From assembly GCA_048885525.1 (NCBI GenBank), contig JBHLLP010000022.1, forward strand, positions 1-56,732: a DNA stretch of 56,732 nt. The letters are read 5' to 3'. A program made the translations under genes and the position numbers. Each line of letters begins with the position of its first letter. Within the stretch, counting starts at the first letter, position 1. The stretch is from Candidatus Hermodarchaeota archaeon. Lineage in GTDB: Archaea > Asgardarchaeota > Lokiarchaeia > Sigyniarchaeales > SOKP01. The notes below the pieces were generated by a model. That model saw only the letters and a program-made list of their open reading frames with translations, did no database searches and had not been told where the DNA came from. Shown here in pieces: positions 38,888-47,570 of this stretch.

Positions 38888-39084
38888 GAGCATTCTAATT
38901 CTTTTAAAATTCTATTCTATTTGAAAGATTAACCTTTAAAAGTTATTTTTTAGTAATCAACGGCCTTAATTAATCAGAATGAACATTGTAAGTTATTTCT
39001 ATAATTTATAATACAAATGCTAAAATAATTGAAAAGTTTTTGAAGCATAGAACATAATTGAATTAAATTATAGAGAGAATTAAT

Positions 39085-40593
39085 ATGATTGATGTTCCAG
39101 AATTTTCGAAATTGAAAGAGGGTATAAATTACAAGTATTATCTAAACAATAAATGGAAAAAGTCTCATTCGGGAAAATTAATACCAGTTCATAACCCTTA
39201 TAATAATGAGTTGATTGGAAATGTCCAAGCTTGTACAAAAGATGAAGTAGATGAACTCATAAGAGTAGCTCATGACAATATCAATTGTTGGGAAAATATC
39301 CCATTGAATAAACGTGCCAATATATTAAATAAAGCAGCAGATTTAATGTTGAGATGGTCAGAACTATTAGGATTTTTATTAATGAAGGAGATTGGGAAAC
39401 CGATTAATAGTGCAATATCTGAAATTACAAGAACGGCAGATATATTTAAAGCAACTGCCGATTCAAGTTTGCTGTTATCTGGAGAAACAATTATTGGTGA
39501 TGCTTTTGAAGGTTATACAAGAGAAAAAGTGTCAATGACATATAGAGTCCCGTTGGGAGTGATTTTATGTATAGGACCATTTAATTATCCTTTTAATTTA
39601 ACTGGTTCAAAAATAGCTCCCGCATTAATAGCAGGTAATACTGTTGTAATGAAACCTCCAACTCAAGGGCCATTAACTGCGCTCCATTTTGGAATTATTT
39701 TAGAAAAAGCAGGTGTTCCACCCGGAGCATTTCATATCATAACAGGTCGAGGTTCCGAAATTGGAGATTATTTAGTAAGTCACCCTTTAATTGATATGAT
39801 TAATTTTACCGGTTCTTCTGAAACAGGGAAAAATCTAGCTAAAGTTGCTGGAATGAAACCAATATTGCTAGAACTAGGAGGAAAAGATGCTGCAATAGTT
39901 TTAGACGATGCTGAACTAGAAATTACTGTGAAAGCAATTGTGTCTGGTGCCTTTTCTTTTAGTGGTCAAAGATGTACCGCAGTTAAGAGAGTATTACCGA
40001 TGCCTGGTATTGCAGATAAGCTAATCGAAAAAGTGACAGAAGAAACCCTTAAATTAACAACGGGAGATCCAGCAGAAAACAAAAAAATTGGACCTCTTAT
40101 CAGTTCAGAACAATGTGAGTATGTTCGAGGCTTAATAAATGATGCTCTTGATAAGGGAGCAATATTAAAGTGTGGAAATAAACGTGAAGGGAATATTATT
40201 TTGCCTACAGTTTTAGATAATGTTAACACAAATATGAGAATTGCTTGGGAAGAACCCTTCGGACCAGTTCTGCCTTTCATTCGAATTAATAGTGCTGAAC
40301 AAGCTATAGAAATTTCAAATAAATCAGAATATGGACTTCAAGGAATGATTTTTACAAATGATATTGATTTAGCATTTAATATAGCTCAAGAATTAGAGGT
40401 TGGAACGGTTCAAATTAATGGACAAAGTGCTCGTGGTCCAGATCATTTTCCTTTTTTAGGAACAAAATCTTCAGGTTTAGGAACTCAAGGAGTAAAATAT
40501 TCTATTGAAGCTATGAGCCGTCCTAAAGTTGTCGTTATAAACTTAACTGAAAGAGGAAAATTGGTAAAACAGTGTTTTGCTCCAGAAAAATAA
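39085..40593 (+). CDS. gapN: Non-phosphorylating NADP-dependent glyceraldehyde-3-phosphate dehydrogenase (ALDH superfamily)
   Basis: PFNYP, KPPTQG, LELGGKDA, GQRCTA, EEPFGP and RGPDHFPF.GTK.SG.GTQGVKYSIEAM. Confidence 0.85.
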   Translation: MIDVPEFSKLKEGINYKYYLNNKWKKSHSGKLIPVHNPYNNELIGNVQACTKDEVDELIRVAHDNINCWENIPLNKRANILNKAADLMLRWSELLGFLLMKEIGKPINSAISEITRTADIFKATADSSLLLSGETIIGDAFEGYTREKVSMTYRVPLGVILCIGPFNYPFNLTGSKIAPALIAGNTVVMKPPTQGPLTALHFGIILEKAGVPPGAFHIITGRGSEIGDYLVSHPLIDMINFTGSSETGKNLAKVAGMKPILLELGGKDAAIVLDDAELEITVKAIVSGAFSFSGQRCTAVKRVLPMPGIADKLIEKVTEETLKLTTGDPAENKKIGPLISSEQCEYVRGLINDALDKGAILKCGNKREGNIILPTVLDNVNTNMRIAWEEPFGPVLPFIRINSAEQAIEISNKSEYGLQGMIFTNDIDLAFNIAQELEVGTVQINGQSARGPDHFPFLGTKSSGLGTQGVKYSIEAMSRPKVVVINLTERGKLVKQCFAPEK

Positions 40594-40780
40594 ATAATTC
40601 TAATTTTAAAAATAGAAATATATAATTAAGTAGAGAAAATAGTTTTTTCTACTTATTTTTACTTCTATGTATAGAGAACACGAATTACTGGTGAATTATA
40701 AGTAAATTTTTTTATAACAATATATTTAATTTCAATTATAATTCTTGATTAATGGAAATTTAAAGTAAAATATTGGCAAA

Positions 40781-42226
40781 ATGTTATTAAGTGTAATTAT
40801 TATCCTTTCAAGCTTTATCGGAGTAATTCTTTTTATTGTAACAGAAAAGATGAATAGAGCAATTGTATCATTATTGGGGGCATTAGTTACTTATTTTGTT
40901 TTAATCTTTCTTGAAGGATTAGATTTTTCAGTAATTGTTGATCTATTATTTAGTTCAAGTGAAGATGGTTTTGTAAATTTGCATTCTTTGATTTTAATTA
41001 TAGGAATGATGATGATAGTACAAATCTCACATGAAGTTGGAACTTTTCAATTTATCGCAGGAAAACTAATTAAACTCTCAAAAGGAAAGCCTCTTCGTCT
41101 AATGATTATATTTTGTTGCGTAACGGTACTTATATCAGCAATTTTAAATAATATTTTGACAGTTATCATTATAATACCACTTACTATTACAGTTTCAAGA
41201 ATTTTAAATATAAATCCTTCTCCATATATTCTTACTCAAGCAATATTAGTAAACATAGGCGGTACAGTCTTTTCAATTTCCTCAATTCCGAATATTTTAA
41301 TCACAACTTATGCAGGCATAGAATTTATAGAATTTTTTATTAACGTTGGAGTAATTTCTTTCATTGTTTTCATATTTACTCTCTTATTTTTCATTCTACT
41401 CTATAAGAAAGAGTTAATAATACCAGAAGAAGGTCAAAAAGCATTAAAAGAGTTTGACGTTTGGAATGTCGTTCAAAATAAAAAGTTGTTATATCAATCA
41501 TTAATTACTTTAATTACTTTACTAATTTTACTCACAATTATTCCATCTTCAATTCTATCTCCAGATATTATTGCTCTAACCACCGCTATAATTTTAATAA
41601 TTATCACGAGATTAGAACCAAGAGAAATTATAAGTAAAATAGATTTTGAGTTGATCTTCTATTTATTAGGTATTTTTATTATTGTAGGAGGATTGGAGAT
41701 AACAGGAGCAACAGAAGTTCTCGGAAATTTTATTTTAAATATTGGAGGAAGTAATCTCTTTTTACAACTTCTCTTAATTCTATGGTTTTCAGCTTATTTA
41801 AGTAGTTGTATTGATAATATACCTATAACTAAAGTTTTAATCCCTGTTGCAGATACTATGACAGAAACAGCACTATTAACCACTAGAAAGCAAGTTTTTT
41901 ACAGTCTTGCATTTGGGGCAAATTGGGGTGATAATTTGACACCATTAGGTGATAATATTCTTGTAGTGAATATTGCCGAACAGAATAAACGTCCAATAAG
42001 CTTTAAATCCTTTTTCAAATTAGGATTTTTTACATCTAATTATCAATTATTAATTCTTTCACTCTATTATAGTTTAATTTTTTATTTTCAAATTGGGATT
42101 ATTATTTTAGGGATTGTTGGTTTAATTCTAGTAGTATTCTACTGTTTGAATAAATTTGGTTCAAAAAAGATTAAATCTCAAATCTATGCTTTTAACAATA
42201 AATTAAGAGAAATTATAATAAGGTGA
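40781..42226 (+). CDS. ArsB/NhaD/P-protein (IT superfamily) permease
   Basis: Many TM helices; SAILNN, NIGG, IDNIP and GANWGDNLTPLG. Confidence 0.88.
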   Translation: MLLSVIIILSSFIGVILFIVTEKMNRAIVSLLGALVTYFVLIFLEGLDFSVIVDLLFSSSEDGFVNLHSLILIIGMMMIVQISHEVGTFQFIAGKLIKLSKGKPLRLMIIFCCVTVLISAILNNILTVIIIIPLTITVSRILNINPSPYILTQAILVNIGGTVFSISSIPNILITTYAGIEFIEFFINVGVISFIVFIFTLLFFILLYKKELIIPEEGQKALKEFDVWNVVQNKKLLYQSLITLITLLILLTIIPSSILSPDIIALTTAIILIIITRLEPREIISKIDFELIFYLLGIFIIVGGLEITGATEVLGNFILNIGGSNLFLQLLLILWFSAYLSSCIDNIPITKVLIPVADTMTETALLTTRKQVFYSLAFGANWGDNLTPLGDNILVVNIAEQNKRPISFKSFFKLGFFTSNYQLLILSLYYSLIFYFQIGIIILGIVGLILVVFYCLNKFGSKKIKSQIYAFNNKLREIIIR

Positions 42227-42233
42227 TCCTGAG

Positions 42234-42872
42234 ATAGTATTTAAAAATATTCTAAGAATAAAAGCAGCTTTACCAGAAGTTAAACATGTGGCCATGTTCT
42301 ATAATAATGGCACAATTTTTCAAACTACATTTGAACAAGAGATTAATATCCCAAAACTAGGTGAAAATTTAGCAGAAGTATTGAATCACATAAGAAGACT
42401 GTATGAAATTTGTAATTATAATTTTGAAGAATATAAAAAAGTGATTTTTGAAACTGATGATATGTCTATTATTATTTTAAAACTTGGTGAGGATAGTAAT
42501 ATCGCCCTTTTTTTCAAGAAGGAGGAAGAAAAAGAATTAAAGTTAACTGCAATAAAACGATATATGACTAGAATTGAAGAATTAATCGATATGGATGAAA
42601 GAGAACTGATAATACAAGATATAATTGCAAGAGAAGAAGAAATTAAAAATATAAAAGAAGATCTTCATAAAAAAATAGAAATAATTACGAATTTGCGTAA
42701 TGAATTAGACAGTGTCGAGAAGGGGATAGTTGAAGGTGATCAGAAAAAACTCATGAAAGAATTAAATGATCTAGAACTTGAATGTAAAAATTTAAACCAT
42801 GAAATAGAAAAAAAAGATATCGAAATCGAACAATTAAAAGAAAAAATAGAAAAAAGCCATAAACAAGCTTAA
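42234..42872 (+). CDS. Roadblock/LAMTOR-like domain fused to a C-terminal coiled coil (212 aa if started at ATA 42234)
   Basis: The extension IVFKNILRIKAALPEVKHVAMFYNNGTIF provides the helix-strand-G start of a roadblock/profilin-like fold. VIFETDDMSIIILKLGEDSNIALFF follows, then ~95 aa of heptads. Confidence 0.6.
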   Translation: MVFKNILRIKAALPEVKHVAMFYNNGTIFQTTFEQEINIPKLGENLAEVLNHIRRLYEICNYNFEEYKKVIFETDDMSIIILKLGEDSNIALFFKKEEEKELKLTAIKRYMTRIEELIDMDERELIIQDIIAREEEIKNIKEDLHKKIEIITNLRNELDSVEKGIVEGDQKKLMKELNDLELECKNLNHEIEKKDIEIEQLKEKIEKSHKQA

Positions 42873-42886
42873 TAAAAATACAACAA

Positions 42887-43087
42887 TTATGGTACTAAAT
42901 GTTGTAATATGCCTAAAATTACGGGAATTAAAAAAATCATAGTACCAACAATGAGTATTATTAATATATAGTATTCCTCTGATTTTTTTTTCAACAATTT
43001 GATAATTCCCGTTATACCTATAATAAAAGAGATTATCAATAGTCCAAATGAAAGCAAAATTAAAATTAATAGCTGATTTACCACCAT
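42887..43087 (-). CDS. 66-aa two-TM membrane protein
   Basis: Two hydrophobic helices separated by KKKSEE. Confidence 0.6.
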   Translation of the reverse strand: MVVNQLLILILLSFGLLIISFIIGITGIIKLLKKKSEEYYILIILIVGTMIFLIPVILGILQHLVP

Positions 43088-43166
43088 AAGATCTTCTTCA
43101 TTTTATATTTTCAATTATTTTAGCTATATATTTCTAAAAACAAATTCTTATTCGATACTCTATTTT

Positions 43167-43182
43167 AAAAAAAAAAAAAAAA
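43167..43182 (-). terminator. T16 (minus strand) terminator candidate for the coiled-coil gene
   Basis: A16 run on the + strand about 30 nt past the 43212 stop. Confidence 0.5.
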
Positions 43183-43211
43183 TACCTATTTTTGTATTGT
43201 AAATTTGTTAT

Positions 43212-43868
43212 TTAGCCACTCAATTCAGCAGGTCTGACTCTTTCTCTTTCTGCTAGTTTTTCTGAGAGCTCTTTCTTAAGATCAGCTAATTTATTTTGTT
43301 TTTCAACTATATTTTTATTTATTGTCATTGCCTCAGTTTCAAGCTTAGTTAGATCTTTCTGAATTTTAAGATATGCTTCCTCTGCTTTAGTAACTTTCTC
43401 ACCAGGAGCATTGGTATTTACTAATTTTACATAAGCTCTTTGCTTTTTTGCTAGATTATCTCTTTCTTTAGCTTCCTCAAGTTTTTTATTAGCAAGTTTT
43501 ACTTTCACTTCAGCAATTTCAATTTCAATATTCGCAATTTTTCGTTGAACCTCTGCGATTTTTGTTTGAGCTTCAGCAACTTTTTCATTGTATATCGCGA
43601 GAGATTTCTCAGCATTTAAGTTCTCATCATTAAGTTTAAGAAGATTTTTAACTTTTTCTTTGTCTTCAACTAATTTCCTAGTCTTCTCAGCTAATCGCTC
43701 TCGTATTTTCGCTAAATCAAATTCGCTTTTTACTAACTCTTCTCTAGCTTTAGCCCTTTTTACAGTTTGTTTAGCTAAAACTTTCATTTCATCTGCGGTA
43801 TCTTTTTCTTGCTTTGCGATATTCGAATTTTCTTCAGCTAATTTTTCAATATTTTTAGCTTCTTCCAT
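43212..43868 (-). CDS. All-helical coiled-coil protein A (paralog of 44901..45569)
   Basis: Continuous heptads (VAEAQTK IAEVQRK IANIEIE IAEVKVK LANKKLE); SD-like GGTGG upstream. Confidence 0.85.
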   Translation of the reverse strand: MEEAKNIEKLAEENSNIAKQEKDTADEMKVLAKQTVKRAKAREELVKSEFDLAKIRERLAEKTRKLVEDKEKVKNLLKLNDENLNAEKSLAIYNEKVAEAQTKIAEVQRKIANIEIEIAEVKVKLANKKLEEAKERDNLAKKQRAYVKLVNTNAPGEKVTKAEEAYLKIQKDLTKLETEAMTINKNIVEKQNKLADLKKELSEKLAERERVRPAELSG

Positions 43869-43962
43869 ATAAATCCACCATTTTTGTTTGATTTTTATTT
43901 TTAAATTTTTATTTTAACTTATTTTTTAAAAATGATTTTATTTATTTACTAATCTAAATAGG

Positions 43963-44133
43963 TTAACTATAAATTTCATCATAATTCTCTGAATCTTCTT
44001 CCTCATCATCTTCATAATCCCAATCTTCTTCCCCATCAGAATCCTTACTTTCGTAATCTCCATCATTTTCATTAGAATAATCATCATATTCATAATCATA
44101 TTTCTTCTTCTTTTTTTTAACTTCATTTTTCAT
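43963..44133 (-). CDS. 56-aa Lys6/acidic-Tyr intrinsically disordered microprotein
   Basis: MKNEVKKKKKKYDYEYDDYSNENDGDYESKDSDGEEDWDYEDDEEEDSENYDEIYS*; GAGGA upstream and a minus-strand TATA box at 44204-44197. This frame replaces the 43938..44126 shadow ORF. Confidence 0.7.
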   Translation of the reverse strand: MKNEVKKKKKKYDYEYDDYSNENDGDYESKDSDGEEDWDYEDDEEEDSENYDEIYS

Positions 44134-44194
44134 TTTACGTGATTTTCCTCATATTTATTGTTTTTCTATATACATTACTGCATAATGATTACAT

Positions 44195-44261
44195 AGTATT
44201 TAAATGTTTTCATATGAAAACATTCAAGTAGATCGATAACTTTAAATACTCTGAAAACATT
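44195..44261. promoter_or_regulatory. Divergent promoter with mirror-image TATA boxes and a perfect 22-bp palindrome
   Basis: AGTATTTAAA (44195-44204) and TTTAAATACT (44241-44250) are exact inverted copies. AATGTTTTCATATGAAAACATT (44203-44224) is a perfect palindrome, with an extra half-site TGAAAACATT at 44252-44261. Confidence 0.75.
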
Positions 44262-44312
44262 TTTTTATATAAGAAATTTAAGTCAAAATAGAAGAATATA
44301 CTACATTTTAAA

Positions 44313-44882
44313 ATGAAAAAAACATCTCCTAAAAAACAGAGTAATTTTCTTGGATTCAGGCTTTCAGAAGGAATAATCAATAAACTAGATTTAATTGCAA
44401 AACAACAGAATAAGACACGTGGCTTGGTTGCTAAAGATGCTATTGAACAATGGCTTAATTTAGAATTGTTCAACCAAACTAATGAAATGATTATGATGTC
44501 GAAGTCAATTTTCTCTAAAATTCTTTCAAAATTAGATGATTCTTCTTTAGATATAATAGCAAAAGATTTTGCTGATTTATTTTCAGATATAATGAAATTC
44601 TTAACAGCTAAACTAATGAATGAAGAAACATTGAAATCATATACAGACTTTCTAATTAATTTTTTTGGTAGAAATGGATTAAAATGGTTTAATACCCTTG
44701 ATATCCAGACTAAGGAGAACTCATTCATTTTTAGAGGTTTACATGATATGGATGAAGTTTATTCAAACTTTTTCACAAAATTCTACAAATTTCTATTATC
44801 TGAATATTTTGACTTAGATTTTACCACTAAAATTGAAGAAAAAACGTCAAATTTAATTCATCTAGAATTTAAACGTAAATAA
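44313..44882 (+). CDS. Ribbon-helix-helix (CopG-like) transcription regulator with C-terminal putative ligand-binding domain
   Basis: FLGFRLSEGIINKLDLIAKQQNKTRGLVAKDAIEQWL is a typical RHH. A ~140-aa alpha/beta C-terminal domain follows. Confidence 0.8.
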   Translation: MKKTSPKKQSNFLGFRLSEGIINKLDLIAKQQNKTRGLVAKDAIEQWLNLELFNQTNEMIMMSKSIFSKILSKLDDSSLDIIAKDFADLFSDIMKFLTAKLMNEETLKSYTDFLINFFGRNGLKWFNTLDIQTKENSFIFRGLHDMDEVYSNFFTKFYKFLLSEYFDLDFTTKIEEKTSNLIHLEFKRK

Positions 44883-44900
44883 ATAAAAAGGTAAGATGAA

Positions 44901-45569
44901 ATGGAAAATTTAACACAAATTGAAAAGGAGACTCAACACAATCTTAAAATAGCACAATATGAAAAAGAACTTGCCCAAAAGCTAAAAATTAATGCTTTAG
45001 CAGAAATTAAAAAGGCAGAAGCTAGAGAATCTTTACTAAAAATTGAATATGATTTAGCTGAAATTAAAAAAGATTTAGCGATTAAAAGAAGAATTTTGGT
45101 TAAAGAAAAAACACAAATTAAAAAGAATCAGATTTTAGACTTTTCGGATGAAGAACTAAAAATTGAAAATAATTATGCGGTTTATAATGAACAGATTTCA
45201 AAAAATCAGAAGGAAATTGCTGAAGTTAATAAAAAAATTGCCTTAGTAGAAAAACAAATTGCTGAACAAAAATTAGGATTAGCTAAAGAAAGATTAGAGG
45301 TAGCAAAAGCACGAGAAAAATTAGCTAATACACAAAATAAATACTTGAAAGTTGCTCGAGCACAAGCGTCTGAAAATAAAATTTTGAATGCGAAAAATAA
45401 CATAGAAAATCAAAAGAAAAAGTTATTAAAACAGAAAAATGACGTAATTGAAAAGGAAAAAGATGTAAGAAAAAAAGAAAATAAATTAGCTGATTTAAAG
45501 AAAGAACTTTCTTCGAAATTTGCTGAAAGAGAAAAAATAAGGCATCCTGGAGTTATCGTTGCTGGATAA
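44901..45569 (+). CDS. All-helical coiled-coil protein B (paralog of 43212..43868)
   Basis: Collinear with protein A, e.g. NKLADLKKELSSKFAEREKIR vs NKLADLKKELSEKLAERERVR. Confidence 0.85.
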   Translation: MENLTQIEKETQHNLKIAQYEKELAQKLKINALAEIKKAEARESLLKIEYDLAEIKKDLAIKRRILVKEKTQIKKNQILDFSDEELKIENNYAVYNEQISKNQKEIAEVNKKIALVEKQIAEQKLGLAKERLEVAKAREKLANTQNKYLKVARAQASENKILNAKNNIENQKKKLLKQKNDVIEKEKDVRKKENKLADLKKELSSKFAEREKIRHPGVIVAG

Positions 45570-45607
45570 ACTCTAAAATCTGAAATCAAATTATAGGTGA
45601 TTTTTTT

Positions 45608-46690
45608 TTAAATCCAATTTTTCCTTTTAAAAAATATAAGCATTGTAATGGCAATAAGAATCATTATTATAATTAAAATGGGATACGCAACTGGATTTGA
45701 GAATTCTGGCATATGAATGAAATTCATTCCATAAAATCCTGTTAAAAATGATAAAGGAATAAATACTGTAGAAATAATGGTTAACACTTTCATTATATCA
45801 TTCATTCTATTGCTTACACTTGATAAATACATATCCAACATTCCAAAAACAATATCTCTATAGTTTTCCAATTGATCACTTATTCTGTAAATATGGTCAA
45901 ATATATCTTTGAGATAAATCTGCAACTCATCGCTAATAAGTTTAGTCTGCTCTCTTTGTAATTTATTAATAACCTCTCTTAGTGGCCAGATTGATTTTCT
46001 TAAATCAATATTAGCTCTTTTTAATCGATATATTGATTGCACTAGTTCAGGTTTTGGATTTTTTACTAAAATATCCTCTAATTCATCAATAATTTCACCA
46101 ATAATTTCTAAAATTAAAAAGTAATTATCTACAATAACATCAATCAATGCATAAGCTAAATAATCAGCTTTCATTGATCTAATTCTGCCTCGTGCTCCTC
46201 TAATCCTTTCTAAAATTGGATTAAAAGTATCACTTTCTAATTCTGAAAAAGTTATCACAAAATTTTCTGCAAGAATTAAACTAATTTGTTCACTTTCAAA
46301 AATCTCATTTATCTCATCCCAAAGAAGTTTTCTAAGTACAATAAAAATAAAATATCCATAATCTTCAAATTTTGGCCGTTGATTAGGATTTAAGATATCC
46401 TCTAAAACAAGAGGGTGAATATTAAATTGATTGCCAATTTCCTCAATTCTTTCTACTTCAGTTAATCCTGTAATTTCAATCCATCTGACAAAATCTTTTT
46501 CTATAACCTGTAAATTTTTAACAGCTTCAACTTCCTCTTTAATTAAATATTTATCTTTATTATAATCAATAACTTTTATTCTTGTAGGTACTTTTGGTTT
46601 CTCACCTGCATATATTAATGTTCCAGGAGGTGTACCAATCTTTTCTGTTTTCTTTTTAACTTTGCTAAGTCTTTTTGATAGACTTTTAAT
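45608..46690 (-). CDS. corA: CorA magnesium/cobalt transporter (360 aa if started at ATT 46690)
   Basis: YGMNF..MPE signature. The frame stays open for 144 codons upstream of the tracked GTG and contains the CorA N-terminal motifs KIGTPPGTLIY.G, WIEITG and IHPLVLEDILN..QRPKFEDY. Confidence 0.92.
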   Translation of the reverse strand: MKSLSKRLSKVKKKTEKIGTPPGTLIYAGEKPKVPTRIKVIDYNKDKYLIKEEVEAVKNLQVIEKDFVRWIEITGLTEVERIEEIGNQFNIHPLVLEDILNPNQRPKFEDYGYFIFIVLRKLLWDEINEIFESEQISLILAENFVITFSELESDTFNPILERIRGARGRIRSMKADYLAYALIDVIVDNYFLILEIIGEIIDELEDILVKNPKPELVQSIYRLKRANIDLRKSIWPLREVINKLQREQTKLISDELQIYLKDIFDHIYRISDQLENYRDIVFGMLDMYLSSVSNRMNDIMKVLTIISTVFIPLSFLTGFYGMNFIHMPEFSNPVAYPILIIIMILIAITMLIFFKRKNWI

Positions 46691-46757
46691 TTTACTCTCA
46701 CCATTAAATTAAAAAGCATTTTCAAGAATTAAAATTTCAAAGATTATAATAATTTAA

Positions 46758-47570
46758 TTATTCAATCCTTTTAACTAAACTAGGTGTACTTATGTCGATG
46801 TTATATTTTTGTACAGAGGTAAACACAGATGATCGTAGTTCTCCTAATATTCTTAGCATTGATTTTATTTCCCTAATAAACACAAAAAGGGTATATTCAA
46901 CCGCAAAACTTTGAAAATCTGTTATTGCTACGAATGGTTTTGGATCATTTAGAATTTCAGGAATAGATTCTGTAGCTTCTAATAAAGCCCTTTCTACTTT
47001 ATCTTTGTCTTCAGTGTAATCTGCTGTGATTTTAATTCTTCTTCTAACTACATTTTTTTTTCCAAGGTTTTCTGTTTCCTCTGATAATAATTTCTGATTA
47101 GGTGTTGAAATTATTATACCATCAAAATCAACTAATATTGTAAACATTAGTTTTATTTCACGAACTTCAACCATTCTGTCCTTGTAAATTAAGTAATCCC
47201 CAACCACAAATGGTCTACTTGTCATTATTATAATACCAGCAATTGCGTTTCCAAACGTATTAATCGCAGCAAAACCGATAATCGTACCTCCAACTAGCGT
47301 AAATAATGATGTAATTAAACCAATTGCTTCGACAAATTGTACTAAAATCATACTGATAATTACTAATACAATTATTACTTTTACAATTCGTTGTAAGTTT
47401 CTTGCTGTCTGTTCTTCTAATTTTTCCTGTTTCTTAAGTCTATTAATTTGCTTTCTAAAAACTATATAAATTAGCCATCCGATTATTATTGCTAGTGCAA
47501 CAGCTAATATATTAATTATATTATCAGCTATCCATCCAAAAATCATATCAATTATGTTCTGAAAAATCAT
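46758..47570 (-). CDS. mscS: Small-conductance mechanosensitive channel
   Basis: 3 TM helices, GFAA...N..AG....RPF.VGD, PN and a C-terminal beta/alpha domain. Confidence 0.9.
   Translation of the reverse strand: MIFQNIIDMIFGWIADNIINILAVALAIIIGWLIYIVFRKQINRLKKQEKLEEQTARNLQRIVKVIIVLVIISMILVQFVEAIGLITSLFTLVGGTIIGFAAINTFGNAIAGIIIMTSRPFVVGDYLIYKDRMVEVREIKLMFTILVDFDGIIISTPNQKLLSEETENLGKKNVVRRRIKITADYTEDKDKVERALLEATESIPEILNDPKPFVAITDFQSFAVEYTLFVFIREIKSMLRILGELRSSVFTSVQKYNIDISTPSLVKRIE

Noticed and set aside
43938-44126. 62-aa Met/Lys/Ile-rich ORF in the track
   Set aside because: It is the shadow frame of the GAT/GAA-rich acidic microprotein 43963..44133; ATG-rich frames arise automatically from GAT-GAT runs.
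44210-44728. 172-aa minus-strand ORF and other antisense ORFs (373, 1295, 1930, 10542, 12754, 13626, 14419, 22645, 23474, 28244, 29469, 32590, 36730, 38389, 39966, 43588, 45206, 53813, 54298) plus same-strand out-of-frame ORFs (7090, 37532)
   Set aside because: They overlap well-supported genes or promoters and show no motifs, so they are treated as shadow ORFs.
43212-45569. Calling the coiled-coil pair PspA/Vipp1, ESCRT-III, SMC or tropomyosin
   Set aside because: There is no amphipathic PspA N-terminus, no Snf7-type basic/acidic polarity and no ATPase motifs; generic coiled-coil similarity is not enough.
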